A stretch of 64,000 bases of DNA from a virus. This document shows, one piece after another, positions 20,190 through 32,914 of this stretch. A program made the position numbers and the translations under genes. Below the pieces are notes generated by a model that saw only the letters and a program-made list of their open reading frames with translations, did not search any database and was not told the origin of the DNA. Position 1 is the stretch's first letter. The number at the start of each line of letters is the position of its first letter. The DNA lies in the IMG/VR virus record IMGVR_UViG_3300025154_000063, positions 1-64,000 of that record; one strand, written 5' to 3'.

Positions 20190-23100
20190 TATATGACCTC
20201 CAGTTTAACCCCAATAAATAGGAATGTAAGTGGCCCATCATCAGGAATGAATGTTCCTACTTGCCAGCCACAATCTTTAGGAATAAAGCTTACTTGTGTT
20301 TTGCAAGGTATAAATTCTCCAACCATACCAATGAGATTGAACATCTTCCTGTTTTCATACCAACTATCTGCAGAATGAATATCCACTATTTTATATTTCT
20401 TAGCTGCCACTATAACCCTCCATTCAACCAGTCCCAACAATTTATACAGTAGCCATCACGTACTGCCTCAGCATCACAGTCTTCATGTTTACATTGGTTT
20501 TCTTTCTCACATTCAAGACAAGCAAAGTATACACCAGAACCAAACCCATACTCTACCATGAACGCTCCGCACTCAGGGCACTCAGGTAACTCTGCTCCCT
20601 GCTCTTCATCATACCGTGTTCTATCTAAACCACCACCCCACATATTATTCCTCCTCTTTGTGTTCTTTCAAAGGTACTTCAATTGCACCATCAGGCACAT
20701 CTTCTTTTAGTACTGGCGTAAAGCCAACAGGCATACCCTGTGCAAACAACATAGCTTCACGCCAAGTAATGAAGTCACGCTTATGTACTGCTACTATCCC
20801 AAAGGACATCTTAAGTATAAGTTTATACATTTTCCTCCTAGCCAGCAGCCACTGTGACAAGACCACCGATACCAAAGACTGCTACAATGGGCAACAGAAC
20901 CAAAGCTACGGGGGCAAGGAAAGCAATTACCACACCGATGAAACCAATTGCCAAGACAATCACGATGGGTGCAAATATAAGAAAGCCAATCAATTTACCT
21001 AGATTTTCCATAGTGTTTCCTCCTAGAAAGTTTCATAAGGGACGCTGACAAACTCAGAGTTTCTCAGGTCTTCAACATAACGATTGGCATACTGCCAATA
21101 AACTTCACACGGGTTCATATCCCCAATCTCATCAAACTCTGGCAGTGATGCTGCCTCACTGGGAAACCTGCCAGTGTTAGCTACGTGCTTGGTAACTGCT
21201 GCCCGTAAAGCTTTCTTTTGTTTAACTGTTATACCATACATGTTATTGCCTCCTCAAACTATACATTAATTATACCACACTTCCTAATAATTTTCAAGTG
21301 TAAATTTCTAGGATAAAAAATTATCTCATCTGCATGTAATCTCTTTTACGTCGGCGCAAGTCTCGTGTATCAATATCAGCACTCTTGCTCTTTACTTCAC
21401 GTATTGTTAGACCACACCAAGCACAGCGGATGTTATGTGGAGCAGTATCTTTGATGTAAACCTTTAGACTATTACCACATTGTGGGCATCTGAAACTTGC
21501 AATATGCCGACCATTCCCATTGGATATAATTTCTAAAGACATTATATTCTCCTCTGTGATTGACACTATTGACAGTGACAAAAAGTGTCAGTTGTAACTA
21601 AAGCAATTTCTTTGCATGGTAGTGAGTTTTATCACACTACATCTACTGCAAAACGAAAACCACACACCATTCTATTACTACAAACGAATGAATAAGTTGT
21701 CCCTGTGTATTCAAGTACATCCAAGTTATGACCAAGCAGATACTTAGCCCAATTAGTAACCGTCACAGACACGATTGGTTTGCCACATTCTGGGCAGGGT
21801 TCGTCGCTGATATAATAGTCTTGGTCGATGATTTCATATTCAGTATTAGACATTAAATATCCTCCATAAAAGAACATTCAGTACAGCAATATTGGGTGTG
21901 ATAGTATATAACATCAACATCGTCCCCCGCATTATTAAGAGTAGTACCATAAGTTTCATACTCAGATACCAACACACTTCCCCCACATTCTGGGCACGGT
22001 TCTTTACTGGTATAGGTAGATGTTATTCTTGCCATAGTTGTTCCTCCTGTATAAACTTGTACAACGAACATCACGCCCGCTGTGTGGTGACAAAATGCCC
22101 TATAGCAATATGCACTTGTTGTTATTATTAATTATAACATGAAGACACAAATCTTGCAAGCCCCAGAATACAGGACAGCAAGTAGCCTGTAAACTGGGGT
22201 TGCTTGTTAGCTGAATACACCGGACACACCTCCGATGTAAACAGACTATTCCTTAGAGAGAGAAAGCAGATGCTCACACATAGTAGTGGCATCATCAAGT
22301 ACATCAATGACAGGCTCACACTTAGGACAGTTAGACATTGCACCTTTATGGTGTGGACTGTTGATATGGTTGGTGCGTGCAGTGTGCAGTAAGCTAGCAT
22401 GCAGTCTGCTGATTACGTGGGCTGCGTCATCTAGTGGGTTGTCGGTTATGAGTAATTTAGTCATAGCATTCTCCTCCACGAAACATACTCTCCGTCACGG
22501 GCAACCGCAACCCTATGCTCAGGACTGGTAAGAGTAATAGATGAATAACCTGCAACACCAAAGTACTCAGGAGTCTTAACATTTATCTCAATACCTATAG
22601 GTGCAGTGCGTATTGGTAACCATTCATTTTCAAGCTCTGCAATACGTTCATTAAGACGCTTGATATGTACAGTAGCACAGGCTATCAGTGTGCCTGCATC
22701 CCAGTTAGCTATGTCCTCTCCGTACTCCATGACATCTGCTAACCTCTGCATTCTAGTCTCTAGTATATTCATGCTAACCTCCTATATACATTAATACAAT
22801 CATACAATGATACAATAAAATAATCAATTAGTGGGCCTAACTCCGCCAGAACCAATGTCTTAAAAAATCTCTGGCGGACACAGTACCCACAGCTAACAGT
22901 CAGCTAAGAGCACCGAGCTAACAGCAAGCTGTTCGCTAGGTACTCAGCTAACGAGGCAGCTTAGTCACCGTTATCAGCCGACGAGTACGCAAGCTAGTCC
23001 GCTTGTCAGTTACCTCTGCCTCCCCCCTTAGCAGCATGTGTGCTCTGCTTAGGTCTATGAGGAGGTCACGAGTACCATCACACAGCGGGCAGTCGTGGTA

Positions 23101-25332
23101 CATAACTTCTGGATGCCCACTACTAGCAGTATAGTGATACTTCATCTGCAGGTTGAGCAGGTTAACATAGGCATCAGCACACAGGGCACTGCAGTCAGCT
23201 AACAGGTTGCCAGTTGACTTGCTCAAAGGTTTGATTTTAATAGTAAGGTTATCGCCCATCTTTACCTCTCTTTTTATTTTTGCCGGCACGCTTTATCTGT
23301 GCCTGAATGATAGTGAATACGGAGCGGCTACCAACGACTGTGCCATGCTCTCTTTTATGTCTTGCTTTGTCCCTCTTCTTCCACTTGTCCTCTCGCATCG
23401 TTAATGCTCCCTTTAAGTAGTTGTCCTTTATCTACTGTCCTCACAGCGTGGCAGTTGGGGCACAGCCATGTGTCCATCCCCTGATACTTATGATAGTGAC
23501 TCATGCCACAGCGGAAACAGTACAACCAAGTTAGCTTAGGCATAGCACCCTCGCTAACAAGATGCCTTTCAATAGTCTGCAGTATACTGCGAATGTCCCC
23601 CCTGCTTGCATCCCTTTGCTTTATCATGGTAGTCAGCTCGTCCACTAGTCCACAGTCAGCAGCTACCTGAGAGTCAGCTAGTATTCTAGCCGACAGGTCT
23701 GGGTCTGTGTTGATGTGAAGCTTTGCCATATAGATAACATCTTCTGTAGTTAATTCTCTTTGCTCCATGTGCTTACCTCCAATTGAATATCACATTAATT
23801 ATAGCATAGTTATTGCTAGCTGTCAACCCCCTGTTCGCAGTGAACGCAGTACACATGTGTACTGAGTTTACTGCAGTATGCTTGCCGGCATGTTAGCTAG
23901 CCGGCGGATGAAGATAGTAGTAGGTGCTACACCATCTGTGAACCACGTATCATATATCTCCCATCCCTGCCCCAGTACATATGACACAGCCGCATCATAC
24001 TCACGCATATCGGGCACGTTAATGAACTGGACTTCGTACCCCTCGAACACTACGGGTACAGTTGTGTGCTTGCTCGCTGTCATCTTGTCTCCTTGTCGCC
24101 TGCAAACAGGCCTAATGGTGGCTTTCAGGCTTGAGTCCGCTGTAATTGTGGTTGCCTGTTGCCACGCCTTTGTGTGGCTTTCTGGTTTAGGAGCTATTCC
24201 CCTGAGGTAGTGAGCCTCTGCTCCAAATCAATCCCCCTTGATTGATGGGTGCTACCACCCTTCTGTTTGTTCAGCCTCTATATAGGCACGAGCTATCTCT
24301 TCTGTTGCTATCAGCTTGCACTCTATCCTGATTAGGTTAGAGTATAACCTGCCCGCCAAGACTGTGCTGATGGTATGTGTATGGTTGGGGTTATCTTCAT
24401 TAGTGAAGTGTAGTACATCATCCACTTTCCCCACATACTTACCTCCTAGGAATGACTCAATATAACTGCCTACGTTATCCCACTCCATAGTATATTCATT
24501 CTCACTTTTGGCAGGATTACCATCGGGTAAGCGTAACATGTGTACCTCCTAGTCTACTTACTTTGTTCTCAAGTTCTATCACAGCACCAACAATTTCCAT
24601 GGCTACCCATGATGGGATTGTAGCCGTGGTTACTTTGTCTGCATGCAGCAGCAAGATGTTAGGGTTGAACCCTAGCAGGGTAGTCCCTGTTATCTCAGCC
24701 AACTTGTTACCAAGTCGTGTCCACCGTTTCAAAGCAACAGTATCATTACAGGTATGACCTTGTGGGTCTTTCATCATATGATTAGTCCTCCTCTACTTTT
24801 GGTGTTACTAATTCTTCCCAAGTATCAGCAGTTACTGGAATGTCTACCTCAACACCATCTTGGAAAGTGTCATCCTCAAACCCAGTTACTATCCATGCCC
24901 AGCTACCATTAGGTAGATGGTGTGGTGCAATATAAGCACCTGTTGCATATAATATAGGCATTATACTTCCTCCTTTACACATGGAAAGATGTACTCAAAA
25001 CAAACACGCTCCTCTTCATCACCATTCCAAGTGGCTAATATACCCGACAGTATGCCAGACATAACCAATAAATTGGCCGCCCGTTTAGTGGTAAAGGATA
25101 TGTAGAACTTACCAGACTTCATGCTCTCCCTATCTTGTGCACTGTAGAACACAGCGTCACCCAATGGTTTATCACCAGTGTACAGGATGTGGTCTGGTAA
25201 TGCTGCAAACCCACAGCTACCACAACACTTGTGATTCTGTCGTGCCCAAATATCGTGGGTGCGAACCATCTTGAATGCTGCAGTTATCTGCTTACGGAAA
25301 GCAGCTATGTCCCTATTAGTTAATTTACTCAT
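20189..25332 (-). other. Cluster of small early hypothetical ORFs, many Zn-ribbon (CPECG)
   Basis: About 15 ORFs of 65-140 aa with SD sites and internal promoters at 21263, 22125, 23792. Confidence 0.55.
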
Positions 25333-26047
25333 TGTTTACCTCCTGTTTCTTCATAAGTTTACGCCACGCTGCCACTGCTTTGCCGGCTACTGAACCTGCA
25401 GGCTGTGTGCCGTGAATAATTATAGCATATGGTTTGGTGCAGTCAATGGCATGACTATCATCATGGTCTATTTCAAGACCTAAGTCATCAGCTTCCTGCT
25501 GACTGTAGACAATGCGAGCGTAGACTGGGTACTGGTAGGCCATCTCATCATACCTACCACCAATACTGGCAGTGATACGAAAGTTTGCCGGCATATCTGG
25601 ACGAGTTACCTTGATGAAAGGTATCATCTTGGTGTACCCATAGAAGATTATCTCTGGATGCCGCTGTGCCACACGCATCCACGCCAAGTAATAGTCAAAG
25701 TTGTAGTAGTCACCACCCACATGGATACGAATATGGGTAGCACCCTTAGGCAACGAGCTATCTATGAGGTCAGCTAACACATCAGCATTGTGACCTGCTG
25801 CCCACAGTATATCAAAGTTACGCCACACCATATCACGTAACTGTTTATACTGTACCTCCATGCTTGCCTCGAAACATCGGATAGTACCATAGTCTGTGAG
25901 TACACCATCACGAGTTACCATTGTCTTACATATGGTAGCTGCAGGGCAGGTCTTGCCGGCTGGTATAGAGAACCCAAACACCTTAGCATTCTTTATTTTA
26001 GTCAGCTTAGAGTTGCCAGAACCCTTTGAGAAAGTTAGTTTATCCAT
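25325..26047 (-). CDS. GP88-like protein (Fe-S, radical-SAM-related)
   Basis: NSKL, SIPAGKTCPAATIC..CF, RIHVGGDYY, FYGYTK. Confidence 0.7.
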   Translation of the reverse strand: MDKLTFSKGSGNSKLTKIKNAKVFGFSIPAGKTCPAATICKTMVTRDGVLTDYGTIRCFEASMEVQYKQLRDMVWRNFDILWAAGHNADVLADLIDSSLPKGATHIRIHVGGDYYNFDYYLAWMRVAQRHPEIIFYGYTKMIPFIKVTRPDMPANFRITASIGGRYDEMAYQYPVYARIVYSQQEADDLGLEIDHDDSHAIDCTKPYAIIIHGTQPAGSVAGKAVAAWRKLMKKQEVNNE

Positions 26048-26107
26048 AGGTAATCCTCCTGTATTTAATAAGAAAGTTAAATAAACTTAATTAAAGTTAA
26101 TAAAAGT

Positions 26108-26136
26108 ATTATAAACTATTATTAACTAATTGTCAA
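26108..26136 (-). promoter_or_regulatory. sigmaA-type promoter with AT-rich leader
   Basis: TTGACA-17-TATAAT on minus strand. Confidence 0.8.
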
Positions 26137-26797
26137 TAGCTTCTTTCACTATTATCTAATTCATCTTCCTCCTCATCTTCTTCTTCTGAGTCAAATATGC
26201 TAAGACCATAGTCTCTTCTGTCTTGATTAGCTTGCTCAATAAAGAAGTCCCGTATGTCCAAGTGTGTGGTGTCTGACATAACCCCCTCACCGTAGTGTAC
26301 TTCAAGGTGTACAGCACGAAGCAAGCGATATGCCTGCTTCATGCGTGATACCGAGAAGAGCATGCGTTCAGCTAACAGCTTCTCCATTTCTCTGTATGCT
26401 TTCATGTCTACCTCTCTATTCCAACTAGTGCATAGAGTTCCCTCCACTCTTCTCCGCACTCTTCACATCTGCAGTCCCGTCCCAAGTCTTCACCCATAGG
26501 TGAGGTGTTGATTACTGAATACTCTGCACCACACACGGGGCAGTTGAGACCACCTGTGTCTATATACTCATGTATAACTATCTTTTCGAAGTCGTCCTTA
26601 GTGTTTGTCATTGGCATGTCCACCCATTCATCGTAAGCTTGTCAACTTCATCACTCACTTCTTCCTGAGTGAACAAAGCAACAGTGATTGGCGACGGTTC
26701 ATCAGGTGTAAGGTAGAGCGCCTGTGCAAATGTCCCGAAGTACCATATATACACACATGCTGAGCCATTATACATGGTCAGTACTGCATCATCTAAT

Positions 26798-27634
26798 TCA
26801 AATATCATTTTGTTCCTCCTCTTTCTCAGCCAACAAGTATTCAGTTACCTTTGTTGCCAGCTTACTGGTCTTATAGAAAGACCACTCATCATCTTTGATG
26901 CGTTCCTTCCATGCTTGCAGGTACTGAGCATGGTCAGGTTGAATTTCCTTACTCACTCCGAGTGTCATACACATGTAGAGTGAGGCGAGCTCAGCTACAA
27001 GCTCCTCTTCTGCAGAGGTGTGCTTGTCAAGCCTATCTAATCGAGAGGTATGTCCTGTCCAGTGAGCAAGCTCATGCAATCTGGTTGAGTCATAACCATC
27101 CTCTGTCTTGAAAGCCTCTGCAGGTGGGCAGATTATCCTATCTGAGCTAGGAATGTAAGCTGCCTTGTTACCACCGTAGTCTATGATAACTTGGTGACGA
27201 GTGAGCAAGTCATCTACAAGCTGTGACCCTTGTGTTGCATACAAGGTGACTGTGCTTGCCGGCTCTGTCCACCCCTCAACCTGTTGAGCATTGAATAGTG
27301 CAATGGTTCTCATCAGCGGGATGGTCTTGGGGTTACCATCTTCATCCTTGCCGTTGATAATCTTCCAGAATAGCACACTGGTTGACTTCTCACCTGACTT
27401 TACGTGAGCACCGAGTCTCTTCCAACAATTGAAGTTACCCCAGTACCGTGAGGTAAAGGGAGTAGACATCAGAATGAATGGATTGAACCCTGTGTACTGA
27501 CGCTTTGATTCAGCATTGCACGGCATAGCCCCACCATAAATATCAACCCACGGCTTCATCCACCCTGTGCCGTAGGTCTCCATCATGGACAGTACCTTAT
27601 CATTGATAGCAGTCATATCAAATTTAGTAGTCAT
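26798..27634 (-). CDS. ardC: ArdC-like antirestriction protein (ssDNA-binding + zincin-like domain)
   Basis: W-x-KPW, Y-x-G-x-N, VKSGEK, FNAQQV, HELAHWTGH-x-SRLDR, EELVAEL. Confidence 0.85.
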   Translation of the reverse strand: MTTKFDMTAINDKVLSMMETYGTGWMKPWVDIYGGAMPCNAESKRQYTGFNPFILMSTPFTSRYWGNFNCWKRLGAHVKSGEKSTSVLFWKIINGKDEDGNPKTIPLMRTIALFNAQQVEGWTEPASTVTLYATQGSQLVDDLLTRHQVIIDYGGNKAAYIPSSDRIICPPAEAFKTEDGYDSTRLHELAHWTGHTSRLDRLDKHTSAEEELVAELASLYMCMTLGVSKEIQPDHAQYLQAWKERIKDDEWSFYKTSKLATKVTEYLLAEKEEEQNDI

Positions 27635-30496
27635 TCGATTACCTCCTGTCTTGAGCTGGGCATAAGAGAACCTAAACAATTGTGAGGCATACCATATACC
27701 TCTGAGTTTAACACATCTTGGATAGTTTTGCAAGGGTCAATTGCTCCATGATAATAACCCTTATACTTACGGACAAACCATTTAGGTGTCTCATCTGTAC
27801 TACCCATGTACCATGTTCCGTTGCCGGACAAGAATACAAGTTTGTACTTGTCAACATATGGTTTGATTACTTCATCATACACACTTTCTATGTAAACAAA
27901 CACTGCATCACAGAAGTGTTCATACATTCTGTTGGTTACATTTTCATACTTGTTTCGGTTAGTCACTGTCATCTTGACAATCCTCCTGTCTTGGTATTCC
28001 AATCTGCTCATGGGTCGGGTGTGAGAAGCAGTTGCACTTGGTACACTGCACAGCCACCCAAGTAATGTGGTCAGTCACAAACCCCTCACTATTGCCACAT
28101 GAAGGACAACGACCCGTGTGTGGTAATTTCATTCTAACCATTATCATTGACATTATTCATCATCCTTTACTATAACAAACTCACGACTGTAATCACACCC
28201 GCCCTGTGCTATTCTAGGATATATAGAAGCATTCCGTTTGAGAACACCATTAGACCTATAGAAGAATATGTTTATCCACCACACATCATCTACCGAATGC
28301 CAGACACGTGTTACGTCTTGATGTCTTGTTCTCATAGCCAACATGTTGAGTGCCTTATTCAAAACATGTTGTGGTATTTCTTCAAAGGGGATGATTTGTG
28401 TTGTTCTCATAAGCTATTCTCCCTAAGCCCGCCCTGAATTTTTTTCAGTAGCCAGCTTGATACCGTAAAGTTATTATGTAACATGTCCATCTTGATACGG
28501 TAGAACCGTACCTTGTTCACAACATATCTCTCAGAGACAATGCCAGCCTCCTGCTCTTGGGAGAGCAGGTAGCTAGCATACTCCAGTTGCTTGCTCGCAG
28601 CTAACAAGCGTGCTATGTGTGCACGAAGTATCCTTGTCAACCATAGCATCCACAATACTATGACCATAAGTTACGCTCTCTTTCCAGCTCGTGAATCAGG
28701 TCAGTGATTTCATTGTCCACTCGCTGACAATCTACAAGGAAACTAGTACCTTGATTGACACCACTGATATGCAGTAGCAATCCACTGATTGCCATGCCTG
28801 CCTCGGACAATACCCGTAGAACTTTAGATAGTAGTTTATACATATTGCCTCCTAATAATTCTGTTCAATAAATGAGCGCATTCCCTCATCAGCATTGAGG
28901 ATGTCAATACCGAAGTGGTTCTGCAAGTACTCAGCTTTCTGAACACTGGATTTCCGGTGCTCGGCAACTGGTTCGAGTTCACCAGTACAGTAAGAGCAGA
29001 TGATGTCATTGTCTTTCAAGACCTCAACTGCTTTCTCAGCAGAGTCCTGCCCTGAGTTGAAGTAAGAATACTCAGAGAGAACATTCATGTTCTGCTCATC
29101 ACCACACACACTACATGTAAACTTTTTATTAGCCATGTTATTTAGCCTCCACTACAAGTAGTCGATTAGATACCCATATTACTTCACCATTTGGAAACCT
29201 GACGAGTGTCTCACACAGGTTTGATTGGTACACATGTACTGGTGTATACACTTCTTTTGATGTATACTCCCCAGTATTACCATCATATGTTCTCATTATA
29301 TCAACTGCAAAAAGGTTTGTACCTATCTTATACATAACATTACCTCCGTGTGATTTTGAATGTAGTTACTAGCCACCATAGTCCGAAGACTATGGCAGCT
29401 ATTGAAAGGAAACAGAGTAGGCTAAGTCCGTTCATACTATCTTGTAGTATGAGGTAGCCTCTTCTTGACATTCGAAGAGTGCATCTGCAGGAACACCATA
29501 CTTGACACACATTTCAAGTAAGCGTTCGTTATTCCACAGTGGGGTGTTGGTTACTTTGAGAACTTTAGCACCCTCGCCAACTGCCTCCATGATACCAGCC
29601 AGCTCGCACTCTGCCTTGATGGTATTGCTCAAGGCTGTGGCAAACTTGCCGAGGTCTTTCAGCTTGGTCTGCAGGTCACTGGTCTGCTCAATTATCTGCA
29701 GCTTGACCTTAGTCTGCTCGGCTTTATTCCCACCGAGGTCATTCAACATCTTGGTGATACTAATCATACTGGTCATAGTCTTCCTCCTTAGTTATAGTAT
29801 AGCATCGAATAGTTATTTTGTCAAGGATGCTGCTGACTTGCCATGCCAACAGTTATCTACCATCCATGCCATGATTAGGTCAAGGCTATGCTCTCCACTA
29901 GTGTGGTTAGCTTCACCCTCTAGCCCCCAAGTACACACTGTGCCCTTGATTACCAGTGAACTGGTGTCCCTGCCACCATCAGGATACTCGAACAGGAAAC
30001 CTGTCCACGTGTACTGTCCATCCACTCGAATGAGTGCCAATATCTGGTCACCAAATCGCATGACTTGGTTGACATGCACATATTGTGCATAGCCAAACTT
30101 GGCGTTCACTAGCTCTAACATCTTGTCATATAACATTGCAATCCTCCTACCACTCACAATTGATGAGGTATTCCATACCCTCAGCAATTCGAATATCATG
30201 TCGGCGCATACGCCACAATAAGAACTGCATTATGTACATCTTGATTGTGTCCATTAATAGTCCCTTATGTAATTCTCAATCTGGTCTCGCAGGATAGGTG
30301 TATCCATGTCTACAGGTATTACCATTGTTACTAATGTATCCATGAAATTATCTTCACAATCACAGTCTACCTCACAGAAGTCGTGTCTGAATGGGTCTGA
30401 CCTGTAGCATGCCCATTCAGACCATGCACTTTGTAGGTTAGAAGCAAACTCTTTATTAGAGTTTATCAACATATTGATAATCAATCCATCTGCCAT
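27631..30496 (-). other. Cluster of small early hypothetical ORFs
   Basis: Closely packed leftward ORFs with GGAGG SD sites. Confidence 0.5.
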
Positions 30497-30499
30497 TAC

Positions 30500-30802
30500 T
30501 CACCTCACATACTGGTCAATTTCACACGGTCTGAATACTTGCTCAGCCCGTCGGTAGAATACTGTCTTGACTACCTTCTTCACAGGGTCAACACAGGCGA
30601 CAATCACGTTGCCGTTGCTAAAGTTGTCAGTAAATTTGTCCTCATCGAGTACTCTTATTATTACTTTCGCCTCCTCATATGGTGTTTCAAGTGCGGCTTG
30701 CTCACACTGGTTGATACGATAGCGGAGTAGTGAGAGACTTATGCCTCTCACCTCCGCCTCACGCTTGGCGTGCTCACTGATACGAATTGTTGGCATCCTC
30801 AT
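30500..30802 (-). CDS. DUF4258-like (RelE/BrnT-fold) protein
   Basis: ISEHAKRE-x-x-x-RGIS ... VVKTVF. Confidence 0.55.
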   Translation of the reverse strand: MRMPTIRISEHAKREAEVRGISLSLLRYRINQCEQAALETPYEEAKVIIRVLDEDKFTDNFSNGNVIVACVDPVKKVVKTVFYRRAEQVFRPCEIDQYVR

Positions 30803-31686
30803 CTGTACTCCAATTTCTTAGTCACACTGTTCCAGTAAGGTGTGAGCTCTGCCGTTGCGGCTGGCAATACTGCATTGCCATTACCCTTATTCAGGTATGT
30901 TACTGCTGGTGATGCTCGTACTACAAACTTCTGCTCACCAATCATTGCCGCAACATATCGTTCTTGGTTGCGTGTCTCAACAGCCTCATCACAGTAGTTA
31001 GCCCTCACCCATTTCACTGGGTCAGATAACTCTGGCATCCACAGCCCCATCAGAATGGATAGTACTACACCCGTTCTGCCGTGTCCACCCATACAACATA
31101 CTAGCACATCCTTGCCACTGAGCAAGACTGCCTTGATGTCTGCTGCAAACTGTTTCCAGAATGTCCAGTCCAAGTGCTCCGGCTGACCGTAGTCTAAGAT
31201 TGGCAGTGATACAAACTGAACATTCTGCTCACTGATTGAGGGGAATAGGTCAGGTCGATTAGTGGTTGGCATTGCACCAAACACTAAGTCCCCGCCTGTC
31301 AGGTCAACTACTAGCATACCCCTGTATACCTTAGCTCCACGGGATGTGCCACCTGCATAGAGTGTGCCCTTATTCTCAAAGGATACTATACTCTTGTTGC
31401 CCCTGTGACATTCTTTTCTTGCATATGAATTCCAAACGCCAGACGTAGTAGTTTTACCACCAGTTCTGTCCCAGTAGTCTGCATAGCGCAGGTCATCATC
31501 TTCAAACTCACCCTTGTGTAGCTCAAGCCATTCTTTATCGCTGAGCTCATCATCGGCAAATCTGGTAGCAGTCTTGACAGGTGCTTTTGGATTGGCTAAG
31601 TCAGCCTCCAATTGAGTGAGATTATTACTAACCCACTCGTTGAAATTTTGCTTATCTAAACGTGATTTCTTATGTTTCTTACTCAT
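30799..31686 (-). CDS. Protein-tyrosine/dual-specificity phosphatase family protein
   Basis: PILDYGQP, VLVCCMGGHGRTG (CX5R), AVETRNQ. Confidence 0.85.
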   Translation of the reverse strand: MSKKHKKSRLDKQNFNEWVSNNLTQLEADLANPKAPVKTATRFADDELSDKEWLELHKGEFEDDDLRYADYWDRTGGKTTTSGVWNSYARKECHRGNKSIVSFENKGTLYAGGTSRGAKVYRGMLVVDLTGGDLVFGAMPTTNRPDLFPSISEQNVQFVSLPILDYGQPEHLDWTFWKQFAADIKAVLLSGKDVLVCCMGGHGRTGVVLSILMGLWMPELSDPVKWVRANYCDEAVETRNQERYVAAMIGEQKFVVRASPAVTYLNKGNGNAVLPAATAELTPYWNSVTKKLEYR

Positions 31687-32902
31687 TGTTCACCTCTTCT
31701 TCTGTGGTAGAAGAGGCTGGTTCATCACCAGCCCCCTCTTCATTGTTCTTATCATTACATGAGGAGCATATCCAGTCACCATCCTCATTCTCGATGAGCT
31801 CATCAGCCTCATGTATATCACAGCACTGGTCACAAGTAAACTCCCAACAGTCCTGACAATACTCATCCCCCTTGTACTCCTTGCTGTCAGTGCTCCAGTA
31901 TCCACAGTTCTCACACTGTATGTAGGAATATCGTGCTGCACAACGGTCGCAGATGTAGTCGCCACCCGATGTAACCTTGGCATCCTCCTTGTACAACTCT
32001 GTACCACAGTGGTCGCAGCTTGCGTAGTCCTCATTGTAACAATCACTGCACAGTATGTCGCCCCCCTCTGTGTGATACATGTCCTCACTAGGATAACTAC
32101 TGCCACAACTCTCACACTGAGATTCTTGAGAGATTTCCTCCCAGCCCTGAGAGCCAAGTACATCAGTACCAAACATGCCGAGGTCACATGTCTCAGACAA
32201 TTTCTTGCATAAGTCTGGACGATGGTGGTAGAATGTGATGTGACCACCATTTCTCTTGCCGAAGTTTTCCAACAGCTTACGAACATCTACACTGACGTGA
32301 GCATAATACTTCTCATCATCAATCCCATTGGAAAGCAGGTCATAATTCTTCTTGAGGTCGAGGAAGTTCATCAGGGTGTTCTCACCAATATCCATATTCA
32401 GGTGCACTCGTTCGAGCACACCGTCCTTATCAAACAGTGAGCCCCCATTATGCTTGAGGTCAATGATGTGGTCTACAAAGACAGTCTTGTTCACTTTGTA
32501 GAGACTGATTGCTTTTGAAATTGACTTCCACGCATTGCCACCATACCCACTTTCCCAGTTCTGGTCGAATACCCTTATCAGTGCAGGTGCTGATGCAAAC
32601 AAGTCATATTCAATGGCGGAATCATATGCACTGCCACGTCCACCACTCGGCAGGTCACAGGGGGCTTCACCGGATGCCTTGTCATATGCGTGCCGTGCCT
32701 CACCAAATGCTGCCATGAATGCGTAGGCTACGAATGTGTCAGCCATTACATCAATTACTTTTTCGAGGTGTCCCTCTACTGCACGGCGCAGAGACCAGTA
32801 GCGAACGTCGAGGTTCTCAGCATCATCACGTGGTTTGATAGTCCACATGCGATACTCGGCGGCGTTCAGGTAGTAAAAATCGTACACTAAGCTTATGTCC
32901 AT
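31679..32902 (-). CDS. Unknown helical domain + multi-CxxC Zn-ribbon repeats + acidic tail
   Basis: GYGGNAW..DH-x-x-DLKHNGG N-domain; about 8 CxxC pairs at the C-terminus. Confidence 0.65.
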   Translation of the reverse strand: MDISLVYDFYYLNAAEYRMWTIKPRDDAENLDVRYWSLRRAVEGHLEKVIDVMADTFVAYAFMAAFGEARHAYDKASGEAPCDLPSGGRGSAYDSAIEYDLFASAPALIRVFDQNWESGYGGNAWKSISKAISLYKVNKTVFVDHIIDLKHNGGSLFDKDGVLERVHLNMDIGENTLMNFLDLKKNYDLLSNGIDDEKYYAHVSVDVRKLLENFGKRNGGHITFYHHRPDLCKKLSETCDLGMFGTDVLGSQGWEEISQESQCESCGSSYPSEDMYHTEGGDILCSDCYNEDYASCDHCGTELYKEDAKVTSGGDYICDRCAARYSYIQCENCGYWSTDSKEYKGDEYCQDCWEFTCDQCCDIHEADELIENEDGDWICSSCNDKNNEEGAGDEPASSTTEEEVNNE

Positions 32903-32914
32903 CTTATTGCTCCT

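Noticed and set aside
29376-29395. cUUCGg hairpin as terminator or ncRNA
   Set aside because: No U-tract and no larger structure; probably an ordinary stability hairpin
31690-32286. Alternative-frame 198-aa ORF and other long antisense ORFs
   Set aside because: Shadow frames of the motif-bearing gene 31679..32902; no SD
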